Source: Burkholderiaceae bacterium (GTDB lineage: Bacteria; Pseudomonadota; Gammaproteobacteria; Burkholderiales; Burkholderiaceae_C). Taken from it: a stretch of 60,855 bases of DNA. The stretch is taken from the NCBI GenBank assembly GCA_025458585.1, contig JALOSD010000001.1, positions 1 to 60,855 on the forward strand. Reading direction: 5' to 3'. The position numbers were made by a program, and so were the translations under genes. Shown here in pieces: positions 36,152-45,557 of the stretch (within the stretch, counting starts at the first letter, position 1; the number at the start of each line of letters is the position of its first letter). The notes beneath the pieces are model-generated. The model saw only the letters and a list, made by a program, of their open reading frames with translations, did not search any database and had not been told where the DNA came from.

Positions 36152-37453
36152 TCAGGCCGTCGGGTGGTGCGCGCCGCCGAAGCGGCGCTCGATGTAGTCC
36201 TCGACGATCTGCTGGAACTCGCGCGCGATGCCCTCGCCGCGCAGCGTCATCGCCTTCTGGCCGTCGATGAACACCGGCGCCGCCGGCGCCTCGCCGGTGC
36301 CCGGCAGGCTGATGCCGATGTCGGCGTGCTTGCTCTCGCCCGGGCCATTGACGATGCAGCCCATCACGGCCACCTTCATCGTCTCGACACCCGGGTAGCG
36401 CGTCTTCCACAGCGGCATCTGCGCGCGCAGGAAGTCGTCGATCTGCTTGGCGAGTTCCTGGAACGTCGTGCTCGTCGTGCGCCCGCAGCCCGGGCAGGCC
36501 GTGACGCTCGGGTTGAAGGCGCGCAGGCCCAGCGCCTGCAGGATCTCGAGCGCGACGACGACCTCCTGCGTGCGCGCCTCGCCCGGCTGCGGCGTCAGGC
36601 TGACGCGGATCGTGTCGCCGATGCCTTCCTGCAGCAGCACGGCGAGCGCCACCGCCGACGCGACGGTGCCCTTGGTGCCCATGCCGGCCTCGGTCAGGCC
36701 GAGGTGCAGCGCGTAGTCGCAGCGCCGGGCAAGTGCGCGGTAGACGCTGATCAGGTCCTGCACGCCGCTGACCTTGCAGCTGATGATGATCTGCTCGCGC
36801 GCCAGGCCCAGTTCGGCAGCGTATTCGGCCGAGGTCAGCGCCGACTGCACGAGCGCCTGGTACATCACCTGCTTCGCGTCCCAGGGCTCGGCGCGCTTCG
36901 CGTTGTCGTCCATCAGCTGCACGAGCAGCTCCTGGTCGAGGCTGCCCCAGTTGACGCCGATGCGCACCGCCTTGTCGTACCTGGCCGCCGCCTCGACCAT
37001 CGTCGCGAACTGGCGGTCGCGCTTGTCGCCCTTGCCGACGTTGCCCGGGTTGATGCGGTACTTCGACAGCGCCTGCGCCATCGCCGGATAGTCGGCAAGC
37101 AGGCGGTGGCCGTTGTAGTGGAAGTCGCCGACCAGCGGCACGTCGACGCCCATGCGGTCGAGCTGGTCGCGGATGTGCGGCACCGCCTGCGCCGCCTCGG
37201 GCGTGTTGACGGTGATGCGCACGAGCTCGGAGCCCGCCTGCGCGAGCTCCTTGACCTGGATCGCCGTCTCGATGACGTCGACGGTGTCGGTGTTCGTCAT
37301 CGACTGCACGCGCACCGGTGCGTCGCCGCCGATCGTGACGACGCGGTCGCCCCACACCACGCGCGCCTGGCGCGATCGGCGCGGTGCCGGCCGGGCTTCC
37401 TCGATCATCGAGTCGTCGTCGAACGCCGCGAACGGTCGAAGCGGTGCATCCAT
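36152..37453 (-). CDS. ispG: (E)-4-hydroxy-3-methylbut-2-enyl-diphosphate synthase
   Basis: [41 protein letters not shown]. Confidence 0.96.
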   Translation of the reverse strand: MDAPLRPFAAFDDDSMIEEARPAPRRSRQARVVWGDRVVTIGGDAPVRVQSMTNTDTVDVIETAIQVKELAQAGSELVRITVNTPEAAQAVPHIRDQLDRMGVDVPLVGDFHYNGHRLLADYPAMAQALSKYRINPGNVGKGDKRDRQFATMVEAAARYDKAVRIGVNWGSLDQELLVQLMDDNAKRAEPWDAKQVMYQALVQSALTSAEYAAELGLAREQIIISCKVSGVQDLISVYRALARRCDYALHLGLTEAGMGTKGTVASAVALAVLLQEGIGDTIRVSLTPQPGEARTQEVVVALEILQALGLRAFNPSVTACPGCGRTTSTTFQELAKQIDDFLRAQMPLWKTRYPGVETMKVAVMGCIVNGPGESKHADIGISLPGTGEAPAAPVFIDGQKAMTLRGEGIAREFQQIVEDYIERRFGGAHHPTA

Positions 37454-37481
37454 GGGCGCCTGCGCAGAGTGAAGCGGACGG

Positions 37482-38297
37482 TCAGTTCAGTTCGAGTCGC
37501 GCGATGTTGTCGCGCGTGCGCGGCGCCAAGTCGAGCGGCTCGCCGCGGAACGCCGCGCTGACGCCGAGCGCGTTGCCGATTGTCGCGCGCAGCGGCAAGG
37601 CCCCGTCGACGCCGACTGTTTCGCCGGCCTGCAGCGTGCGCGACAGCAGCACCGCGCCCTGGGCGTCGCGCACCTCGACCCACGACGGCTCGCTGGCGCG
37701 CAGCGTCAGCAGCGCCGCCGCCGGCGCGGCGTCGCGCGCAGGCTCGCTCGCCCCGTCGTCCTCGGCCGGCGCCGAGTGCACCGTCTCGACGACCGGCGCC
37801 GCCGGCGCGGTGGCCGAAGCGACATCGGCCGCCGGCGGCGGCGTCACCGCCACCGGCGCGGGCTCGGGCGCCGGATCGAACACGCTCGTCGGCAGCAGGT
37901 ACAGCACGAGCGCCGCGAGCAGCACGAGCAGCGGCGCCCAGACGGCCGGGCGCCCCAGCAGCGACGCGCCACCCTGGGACTCGCGCCCCGGCCGTTCGTG
38001 GAACGGCGTCTTCAGGCCGCTGGCCACCTGCTCGAGGCGGCCGACGCCGGCGGGCTTCGGCAGCAGCGCCAGCACGGGTTCGGCGTCGATCTTGAGCGCG
38101 CGGCATACCGACTGCGCGAGCGCACGCGTGAAGGCCAGATCGGGCAGCTCGTCGTAGCGGTCGGCCTCGAGCGCCTCGAGCTTGCGCGGCGTCACCTTGA
38201 TCGACGCCGCCAGCGCGGCGATGTGCAGCCCCTGGCGCTCGCGTGCGGCGCGCAGCAGCGCGCCGGCCGTGGCTGGGCCGGCCACCGCCTCAGTCAT
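37482..38297 (-). CDS. rodZ: RodZ-like protein (HTH, TM helix, DUF4115)
   Basis: [12 protein letters not shown], a TM segment, SWVEVRD and IGNA; lies between pilW and ispG. Confidence 0.85.
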   Translation of the reverse strand: MTEAVAGPATAGALLRAARERQGLHIAALAASIKVTPRKLEALEADRYDELPDLAFTRALAQSVCRALKIDAEPVLALLPKPAGVGRLEQVASGLKTPFHERPGRESQGGASLLGRPAVWAPLLVLLAALVLYLLPTSVFDPAPEPAPVAVTPPPAADVASATAPAAPVVETVHSAPAEDDGASEPARDAAPAAALLTLRASEPSWVEVRDAQGAVLLSRTLQAGETVGVDGALPLRATIGNALGVSAAFRGEPLDLAPRTRDNIARLELN

Positions 38298-39120
38298 CGA
38301 AGCGCCCTCGTTCGAACGCGAGCGCCTCCGGCGACTGCGGATAGCGCGTCGCGAGCTGGCGTCCGTGGAGGGCCACGCCCTCGCGGTTGCCGAGCTTGTG
38401 CTCGATGCGCGCCGCGAGCCACAGCGACTGCGCGTTCGACTGATCGGGCTGGCTGTTGATGCGGCCGACGTAGAAGCGCGCGCGCTCGTACTCGCCGAGC
38501 CGCAGCAGCACCTCGGCCAGGTTGAACGCGGTCGCCGCGTTCGACGGGTCGAGCTCGTAGGCCCGCGCCAGCGTGCGCTCGGCCTCGGCCCACTGGCCCT
38601 GGCGCGCCTGGCAGACACCGCGCGCAAGCAGCGTGCGTGACGCACCGACGTACTGCGGCTGCGCCAACGCGCGCGCGAACATCGCGTCGGCGTCGGCATA
38701 GCGCCCCTGCTGGCACATCACCCAGCCCCAGTTGTGCATCGCGTCGGCGTCGCGTGCGTTGAGCTGCACCGCGCGGCGGAAGCTGTCTTCGGCCGCGGCG
38801 CTGTCGCCCAGGCTGGCCTGGATCAGGCCGCGCAGGTTGTAGGCGTCGCCGAAGTCGGGCTTGAGCGCGATCGCCTGCTGGACCTCGTCGAGCGCGATCT
38901 GGCTCTGGCCGCGCTGCAGGTAGCTCGCCGCGAGTTCGACGCGAACGCGCGCGCGCTGCTCGGCATCGGCCGGCGTCGCCCGCGACGCGGACGACGGCGC
39001 CGTGTCGCCGGGCAGCGGCGTCGTCGACGTCGTCGTCGTGCAAGCCGTCGAGCCGAGCGCCAGGACGATGCCGGCGAGGACGGTCAACGGGCGGCGCGCA
39101 AGGGCAGAGGCAGCAGGCAT
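38290..39120 (-). CDS. pilW: Type IV pilus biogenesis/stability TPR lipoprotein PilW (PilF)
   Basis: Lipobox-like STAC, RARVRVELA, TPR repeats; follows rlmN. Confidence 0.88.
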   Translation of the reverse strand: MPAASALARRPLTVLAGIVLALGSTACTTTTSTTPLPGDTAPSSASRATPADAEQRARVRVELAASYLQRGQSQIALDEVQQAIALKPDFGDAYNLRGLIQASLGDSAAAEDSFRRAVQLNARDADAMHNWGWVMCQQGRYADADAMFARALAQPQYVGASRTLLARGVCQARQGQWAEAERTLARAYELDPSNAATAFNLAEVLLRLGEYERARFYVGRINSQPDQSNAQSLWLAARIEHKLGNREGVALHGRQLATRYPQSPEALAFERGRFDD

Positions 39121-39144
39121 CGGGACTCGAATGGCTTGGTGGCG

Positions 39145-40296
39145 TCAGCCCGCGCGCGCGGCGGCAGGCACGACGCGGATCGGCACGCGACGCAGCCGCT
39201 CGTGCACGCGCGTGCGGTCGCGTACCTCGCCGGCGAGCTGCCCGCAGGCGGCGTCGATGTCGTCACCGCGCGTCTTGCGCACCGTCGTCACGATGCCCGC
39301 GTCCTGCAGGATGCGGGCGAAGGCCTGCACGCGCGCCGCCGGCGAACGCTTCAGCCCCGACGCCGGGAACGGGTTGAACGGAATCAGGTTGAGCTTGCAC
39401 GGCACGCGGCCGACGGCGCGGCTCGCCTGCGCACGGCCTTCGACGAGCGCGACGAGGGCACGCGCATGCGCGTCGCTGTCGTTGACACCGTCGAGCATGC
39501 AGTACTCGAAGGTGACGAAGTCGCGCGGCGCGCGCTCGAGGTAGCGACGGCACGCGGCGAGCAGCTCGGCGAGCGGGTACTTGCGGTTGAGCGGCACGAG
39601 CTCGTCGCGCAGCGCGTCGTCGGGGGCGTGCAGCGACACCGCGAGCGCCACCGGGCAGTCGTCGCGCAGGCGGTCGATCATCGGCACCACGCCTGACGTG
39701 CTGACGGTCACGCGGCGGCGCGACAGCCCGTAGCCGTGGTCGTCGAGCATCGTGCGCAGCGCCGGCACGAGCGCGGCGTAGTTCTGCAGCGGCTCGCCCA
39801 TGCCCATCATCACGACGTTGGTCACCGCGCGCTCGCCGGCCGCGAGGCCCAGGCGCCGGCGCAGCGCGTGCTCGGCATGCCAGAGCTGGGCGACGATCTC
39901 GCCGGTGGCGAGGTTGCGGCTGAAGCCCTGGTGGCCGGTCGAGCAGAAGCGGCAGCCCACCGCACAGCCGGCCTGCGACGAGACGCACAGCGTGCCGCGG
40001 TCGTCCTCGGGAATGAAGACGGCCTCGACGGCGTTGCCGTCGCCGACGTCGAACAGCCACTTGACGGTGCCGTCGGCCGACACGTGCTCGGAGACGACCG
40101 GCAGCGCGCGGACCTCGGCCTGCGCGGCAAGCTTGTCGCGCAGCGTCTTCGCGAGATCGCTCATCAGCGCGAAGTCGGCCGCGCCGCGCTGGTGGATCCA
40201 GCGGAACAGCTGGACGGCACGGAAGCGCTTCTCGCCCAGCCGCTCGCAGTAAGCCGCCAGCCCGTCGAGGTCGAAGTCGAGCAGGTTGACGGCCAT
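39145..40296 (-). CDS. rlmN: Dual-specificity 23S rRNA/tRNA methyltransferase RlmN
   Basis: [15 protein letters not shown] radical-SAM motif, MGMGEP, AACGQL. Confidence 0.96.
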   Translation of the reverse strand: MAVNLLDFDLDGLAAYCERLGEKRFRAVQLFRWIHQRGAADFALMSDLAKTLRDKLAAQAEVRALPVVSEHVSADGTVKWLFDVGDGNAVEAVFIPEDDRGTLCVSSQAGCAVGCRFCSTGHQGFSRNLATGEIVAQLWHAEHALRRRLGLAAGERAVTNVVMMGMGEPLQNYAALVPALRTMLDDHGYGLSRRRVTVSTSGVVPMIDRLRDDCPVALAVSLHAPDDALRDELVPLNRKYPLAELLAACRRYLERAPRDFVTFEYCMLDGVNDSDAHARALVALVEGRAQASRAVGRVPCKLNLIPFNPFPASGLKRSPAARVQAFARILQDAGIVTTVRKTRGDDIDAACGQLAGEVRDRTRVHERLRRVPIRVVPAAARAG

Positions 40297-40304
40297 CGAG
40301 GCGC

Positions 40305-40730
40305 TCAGCGGCCGTGGATGTTCATCGCCGGGAAGAAGAACGCGACCTCGACCGCCGCCGTCTCCGGCGCGTCGGAGCCGTGCACCGCGTTGGCGTCGAT
40401 GCTGTCGGCGAAGTCGGCGCGGATCGTGCCCTTCTCGGCCTTCTTCGGGTCGGTCGCGCCCATCAGTTCGCGGTTCTTCGCGATCGCGTTCTCGCCCTCG
40501 AGCACCTGCACCATCACCGGGCCCGAGATCATGAAGGCGACGAGGTCGTTGAAGAACGGGCGCGCCTTGTGCACGGCGTAGAAGGCCTCGGCCTCGGTGC
40601 GCGACAGATGCATCATCCGCGCAGCCACGATCTTCAGCCCGGCGGCCTCGAAGCGCGCGTAGATCTGGCCGATCACGTTCTTCGCGACGGCGTCCGGCTT
40701 GATGATCGAAAGGGTCCGCTCGATGGCCAT
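40305..40730 (-). CDS. ndk: Nucleoside diphosphate kinase
   Basis: [19 protein letters not shown]; AGGAG RBS and a TACAAT -10 upstream. Confidence 0.97.
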   Translation of the reverse strand: MAIERTLSIIKPDAVAKNVIGQIYARFEAAGLKIVAARMMHLSRTEAEAFYAVHKARPFFNDLVAFMISGPVMVQVLEGENAIAKNRELMGATDPKKAEKGTIRADFADSIDANAVHGSDAPETAAVEVAFFFPAMNIHGR

Positions 40731-40807
40731 GTTTTTCTCCTGAATCAAGAACTTGGCAAAGCTTCGGATTGTAGCTTCGAGCCCCGGTCCCGCAGCCCGC
40801 AGCGGCG

Positions 40808-42646
40808 TCAACGCCCGCCGCGCCGGCCGCCCTTGCCGCCGCCGCGCCCACCCTTGCGCAGGAACGCGTCGGCGCCGATGTAGCCGACCGAGGTCTGCAT
40901 CGGGTCGGGCTGCTTGCCGCCTGCGGGGGCGCCCTTCTTCGGCGCGCCGGGGCCGCGCCGGTGCGCCGGCCCGCCAGGGCCGCGTTCCTTCTGCACGAAG
41001 CGGCGGTCGTAGGTCTGCTGCAGCGGGTTCGGGATCGGCCCGTCCTCGTCGATGTCGCGCCGCGGTGCGCGCTCGAGCTGCAGGGCGCGCTTGTCGTAGG
41101 TCTGCTGCAGCGGGTTCGGGATCGGGCCGTCGTCGTCGAGGTCGTCGCGCAGCGCGCGTTCACGCTGCAGCGCACGCTTGTCGTAGGTCTGCTGCAGCGG
41201 GTTCGGGATCGGGCCGCCCTCGCCGCGCTCGAGGCGTTCGCCGGCCTCGCCGCGTCCCGCGCGCCCGCGGCGGCGCTTGCGGCCACGGCTGCCGGCGTCG
41301 CCCGCGTCGGCGTCGGCGCGCGCGGGCTGGGCGCCCTCGGCGAGGCGGCGGATCGACTTCACGTCCGCGTCGCCGAGTTCGACCCACACGCCACGCCTGA
41401 GCCCGCGCGGCAGCACGACGGTGCCGTAGCGGATGCGGATCAGGCGACTGACCGTCAGACCGACCGCGTCGAACAGCCGCCGTACCTCGCGGTTGCGACC
41501 CTCGGTGATGACGACGCGGTACCAGTGGTTGACACCCTCGCCGCCACCATCCTCGATCGACCTGAACTGCGCGCTCTGGCCGTCGAGCTCGACGCCGTCG
41601 AGAAGGCGCTGGCGCGCCTCGTCGTCGAGCCGGCCGAGCACGCGCACGGCGTACTCGCGCTCGACGCCGAAGCGCGGGTGCATCAGCTGGTTCGCAAGCT
41701 CGCCCGAGTTGGTGAACAGCAGCAGGCCTTCGGTGTTGATGTCGAGCCGGCCGACCGACTGCCACTTGCCCTGGTGCAGCTTCGGCAGGCGGCGGAACAC
41801 GGTGGGCCGCTGCTGCGGGTCGTCGTGGGTGACGACCTCGCCGACCGGCTTGTGGTAAGCGAGCACGCGCGGCGGTGGCGGCGCGATGCGCAGCTTGACC
41901 GGCTTGCCGGCGACCTTGACCTGGTCGCCCCAGCTGATGCGCTGGCCGATGTGCGCCGGCTGGCCGTTGACCGTGATCCGGCCCTCGACGATCAACTGTT
42001 CCATCTCGCGCCGCGAGCCGACGCCGGCCTGGGCGAGCAGCTTGTGCAGCTTCGGCGCGTCGGGCTCGGGGGCCAGCACGCGTTTGTGCGGTACCGCCGG
42101 CGCGCTCTCGGGCGCCTCGGCATCGAATTCGCCGGCGACGACCGATGCAAAGACCTGGCCGGGGTCGGCTTCGGTCGCGACGACCGGCGCCGGCGCCACG
42201 ACGGCCTCGCCCTGCGACGTGGCCTCGGCCTCACCTGCCGGCACCGAGGCCGCCCGCCCGGCGCGACCGCGTCGCCCGCGACGGCGGCCGCGGCGCGCCG
42301 GCGTGGCGCCGTCGCCGCGCTCGGCCGCCGCGTCGGCTGCGGCTTCGGAGGCCGGCTCGCTTGCGCCGGACGGCGCCGCGCCGTCGTCGCCCTCAGTCCC
42401 AAGCGGTTGAGATGGGGGCTGGGGCTGCACCGGCTCCGGCTCTCCCGTGCCCGGGTGGACCTCGGCCGCGGTCGGGGTCACCTCGGGCGCCACGACCGGC
42501 TGTGCCTTCTTGCGCGGGGCGCGGCGGCGCGGCGCCGGGGCGTCGGTCACAGGCGCCGCATCGGGCGCCGCATCGGGCGCCGCGTCGGGTGCCACGTCGG
42601 CGGCGACGGTCGTCGTGGCGGGGGCGTCGGGCTCGTTAGCGTTCAT
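40808..42646 (-). CDS. rluB: RluB/RsuA-family pseudouridine synthase with long low-complexity extensions
   Basis: S4 domain [14 protein letters not shown], catalytic [14 protein letters not shown]; downstream of scpB. Confidence 0.9.
   Translation of the reverse strand: MNANEPDAPATTTVAADVAPDAAPDAAPDAAPVTDAPAPRRRAPRKKAQPVVAPEVTPTAAEVHPGTGEPEPVQPQPPSQPLGTEGDDGAAPSGASEPASEAAADAAAERGDGATPARRGRRRGRRGRAGRAASVPAGEAEATSQGEAVVAPAPVVATEADPGQVFASVVAGEFDAEAPESAPAVPHKRVLAPEPDAPKLHKLLAQAGVGSRREMEQLIVEGRITVNGQPAHIGQRISWGDQVKVAGKPVKLRIAPPPPRVLAYHKPVGEVVTHDDPQQRPTVFRRLPKLHQGKWQSVGRLDINTEGLLLFTNSGELANQLMHPRFGVEREYAVRVLGRLDDEARQRLLDGVELDGQSAQFRSIEDGGGEGVNHWYRVVITEGRNREVRRLFDAVGLTVSRLIRIRYGTVVLPRGLRRGVWVELGDADVKSIRRLAEGAQPARADADAGDAGSRGRKRRRGRAGRGEAGERLERGEGGPIPNPLQQTYDKRALQRERALRDDLDDDGPIPNPLQQTYDKRALQLERAPRRDIDEDGPIPNPLQQTYDRRFVQKERGPGGPAHRRGPGAPKKGAPAGGKQPDPMQTSVGYIGADAFLRKGGRGGGKGGRRGGR
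41006..41212. repeat. Three identical 33-bp units at 87-bp period inside the rluB 3' end
   Basis: GTCGTAGGTCTGCTGCAGCGGGTTCGGGATCGG at 41006, 41093 and 41180; encodes [11 protein letters not shown]. Confidence 0.93.
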
Positions 42647-43413
42647 GCGGGGGAGGCGGGTTGGGTCGCAACATCGGCGAGGGGCTGCGCGGGCGTGCCG
42701 GGCACGGCGGCGGGGGCAGCTTCGGGAGCGTCGGCAGGCGCTTCGGCCGGCGCCTGCGGGGCGGCAACGGCCGACGCCGCCGCCTCGTCGGCACTCGCGC
42801 GAGCCGGCAGCTTGTCGCCCGCCTCACAGCCGATGCCGGCGTCGACGGCGCCGTCGAGCAACGACGGCTGCACCGCGAGCATGTCGAGCGCGGGTGCCGC
42901 GCCGCTGCCGTCGAGCGGCGGCAGCGCGTCGAGGCTCGCGAGCCCGAGGTCGTCGAGGAACTGGCGCGTCGTCGCGTACAGCGCCGGGCGGCCCGGGGCG
43001 TCGCGATGACCGATGACCTCGATCCAGCCGCGATCCTCGAGCTGCTTGACGATCTGGCTGCCGACCGCCACGCCGCGGATGTCCTCGATGTCGCCGCGCG
43101 TGACGGGCTGGCGGTAGGCGACGATCGCCAGCGTCTCCATCACCGCGCGCGAGTAGCGCGGCGGCTTCTCGGGGTTGAGGCGATCCAGGAACTCGCGCAT
43201 CTCGGGCCGGCTCTGTAAGCGCCAGCCCGACGCGAGCGTGACCAGCTCGACGCCGCGCCCGCTCCAGTCGCGCGCCAGGTCGTCGAGCAGCGCGCGCAGC
43301 GTGTCGGCGCCGACCTGGTCGTCGAACAGCAGACGCATCTCGCGCAGCGACAGCGGCTGGTGGGCGCAGATCAGCGCCGTCTCGAGCACGCGCTTGGCCT
43401 CTTGGGTGTTCAT
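42643..43413 (-). CDS. scpB: SMC-Scp complex subunit ScpB
   Basis: [44 protein letters not shown]. Confidence 0.94.
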   Translation of the reverse strand: MNTQEAKRVLETALICAHQPLSLREMRLLFDDQVGADTLRALLDDLARDWSGRGVELVTLASGWRLQSRPEMREFLDRLNPEKPPRYSRAVMETLAIVAYRQPVTRGDIEDIRGVAVGSQIVKQLEDRGWIEVIGHRDAPGRPALYATTRQFLDDLGLASLDALPPLDGSGAAPALDMLAVQPSLLDGAVDAGIGCEAGDKLPARASADEAAASAVAAPQAPAEAPADAPEAAPAAVPGTPAQPLADVATQPASPA

Positions 43414-43669
43414 CGACGAGCGGTGGACGGCCCCCGCGTGCGGCGGCCGGTCGGTTCAGCGTGCGTCGTCGCGGCGGTGCCGCTCGACGCGATCCTGCAG
43501 TTGCGGGGTGGTACGACGATCGAAGCGTGGGGGACCCGGGGCGACCGGTGCCGACCTTCGGCACCTCGACGGCCCTCGCCGGCGTGCCGAAGCGGCCCGC
43601 CTTGCCTACCGTGGGCGCCGTTCGCGACGCCCAAACGTGCCGCCGGCTAGCTCCGGCGGTCGCGACGAT

Positions 43670-44677
43670 TCAATTCAGGGGCGCATTGTAGCCCGCCTGC
43701 CCGCCGGCGACGCGCTGCCAGGCCGCGGCGAGATCGGCCGGCGGGTCGTGCTCGAACTGCAGCGCCCGCCCGTCGACGGGGTGCGCGAAGCCGAGGCGCG
43801 CCGCGTGCAGCGCCTGCCGCAGCAGGCCGAGCGCGGGGCGGCCGCCGTAGAGCGCGTCGCCGACCAGCGGGTGCCCGCGGTGCGCGAGGTGGACGCGGAT
43901 CTGGTGCGTGCGGCCCGTGTGCAGCCGGCACCACAGCGCGCTGAAGCCTTCGGCGCGGGCCACCGGCAGCACGTCGGTGCGCGCCGGCTTGCCGCCGGCG
44001 ACGACAGCCATGCGCACCCGCACGCGCGGGTCGCGCCCGATCGGCGCCTCGACCGTGAACGGCGCGGCGCCGACGTCGCCGTGCGCGATGGCCTGGTACT
44101 CGCGCCGCACCCCGCGCGCCGCGAGCGCGCGCACGAGGGCCGTCATCGCGACCAGTGTCTTCGCGACCACCATCAGGCCCGAGGTGTCCTTGTCCAGGCG
44201 GTGCACGATGCCCGCACGCGGCAACGCCGCCGCGCCGGCGTGGTGCGCGAGCAACCCGTTGAGCAGCGTGCCACCCCAGTTGCCCGGCGCCGGATGCACG
44301 ACCTGCCCGGGCGCCTTGTCGAGCACGAGCAGGTGCTCGTCCTCGAACACGATCGTCAGCGGCACGGCCTGCGCGCGGAACGCCCGCGCCTGCGCCGTCG
44401 GCTCGAGCCGCACCGCGACGTGCTGGCCCGCGCGCACGGCCTTCGACGCGCTTCGCGCGACGACGCCGTCGACCTCGACGGCGCCCTGCGCGATCAGGGC
44501 CTGGAGGTGGCTGCGCGAGAACTCGGGGGCGCACTGCACCAGCGCCTTGTCGAGCCGCCACCCGTGCCAGCCCGGCTCGACCGCGCGTTCGCGCCGTTCG
44601 GCCGGAGCATCGTCGAGCGGCACCTCGTCGTCGTCGGGCGCGACGCCCGCGGCCTCGGGGTCGCGCTCGGGGAGCAT
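43670..44677 (-). CDS. rluD: 23S rRNA pseudouridine synthase (RluD-like)
   Basis: S4 domain RLDKAL, GIVHRLDKDTSGL, TGRTHQIRVH, QALHA; divergent from bamD. Confidence 0.92.
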   Translation of the reverse strand: MLPERDPEAAGVAPDDDEVPLDDAPAERRERAVEPGWHGWRLDKALVQCAPEFSRSHLQALIAQGAVEVDGVVARSASKAVRAGQHVAVRLEPTAQARAFRAQAVPLTIVFEDEHLLVLDKAPGQVVHPAPGNWGGTLLNGLLAHHAGAAALPRAGIVHRLDKDTSGLMVVAKTLVAMTALVRALAARGVRREYQAIAHGDVGAAPFTVEAPIGRDPRVRVRMAVVAGGKPARTDVLPVARAEGFSALWCRLHTGRTHQIRVHLAHRGHPLVGDALYGGRPALGLLRQALHAARLGFAHPVDGRALQFEHDPPADLAAAWQRVAGGQAGYNAPLN

Positions 44678-44731
44678 CTACACTCGACGGGTGGTGAACT
44701 GCGGGGGGCCCTGGCGCCACCGACGATCGCG

Positions 44732-45550
44732 ATGACGCTGAGAAACTGGTTCGACGACCACGTCCGTGGGCTGCCGCTGGCGGCGGCGGTGATCGTCGGC
44801 GCGGCGCTGCTCGGCGGCTGCAGCAGCACGGGCGACAACGCGACGCTGCCGCCGGATCGATTGTATGCAAACGCCAAGGAAGACCTGGCCTCGGGCAACT
44901 TCGAAAGCGCGGCGAAGTCGCTCGAGCGCATCGAGGGCCAGGCCGCCGGCACGCTGCTCGCGCAGCAGGCGCAGCTCGACCTCGCGTACGCGCGCTGGAA
45001 GGCCGGCGACCGCGCCCAGGCTCTCGCCGGGCTCGACCGCTTCATCCGCCTGAACCCGTCGAGCCCGGCGCTCGACTACGCGTTGTACCTGCGCGGGCTG
45101 ATCAACTTCAACGACAACCTCGGCCTGCTCGGCTCGCTGTCGGGGCAGGAACTGTCGGAGCGCGACCAGCAGGCCTCGCGCGAGGCGTACCAGTCGTTCC
45201 GGCAGCTCGTCGAGCAGTTCCCGCAGTCGCGCTACGCCGACGATGCGCGGCTGCGCATGGACTACATCGTCAACGCGCTCGCCGAGTACGAGGTCCACGT
45301 CGCGCGCTACTACTACCGGCGCGGCGCGTTCGTCGCCGCGGTGAACCGCGCGCAGTTCGCCATCCAGGAGTACCGCCAGACGCCGGCCACCGAGGAGGCG
45401 CTGTTTCTGCTGTCGCGCAGCTACGACCAGCTCGGCCTGCCGCAGCTGCGCGACGACGTCGAGCGGGTGCTGAAGTCGAACTTCCCCGACAGTCGCTTCC
45501 TGCGCGAGGGGCTCGTGATTCGCGACAAGTCGTGGTGGGCGCTGTGGTGA
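44732..45550 (+). CDS. bamD: Outer membrane assembly lipoprotein BamD
   Basis: Lipobox LGGC, QAQLDLAYA, DYALYLRGL, ERDQ, ARYYYRR. Confidence 0.94.
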   Translation: MTLRNWFDDHVRGLPLAAAVIVGAALLGGCSSTGDNATLPPDRLYANAKEDLASGNFESAAKSLERIEGQAAGTLLAQQAQLDLAYARWKAGDRAQALAGLDRFIRLNPSSPALDYALYLRGLINFNDNLGLLGSLSGQELSERDQQASREAYQSFRQLVEQFPQSRYADDARLRMDYIVNALAEYEVHVARYYYRRGAFVAAVNRAQFAIQEYRQTPATEEALFLLSRSYDQLGLPQLRDDVERVLKSNFPDSRFLREGLVIRDKSWWALW

Positions 45551-45557
45551 TGCCGGT

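Noticed and set aside
41006-41212. CRISPR-like layout of 33-bp repeats with 54-bp spacers
   Set aside because: The period is a multiple of 3 inside the rluB frame, the spacers resemble each other, and there is no leader or cas gene. It is a coding repeat.
42643-43413. scpB without an adjacent scpA
   Set aside because: From my recollection, scpB-rluB unlinked from scpA is common in betaproteobacteria, so it is not evidence of loss.
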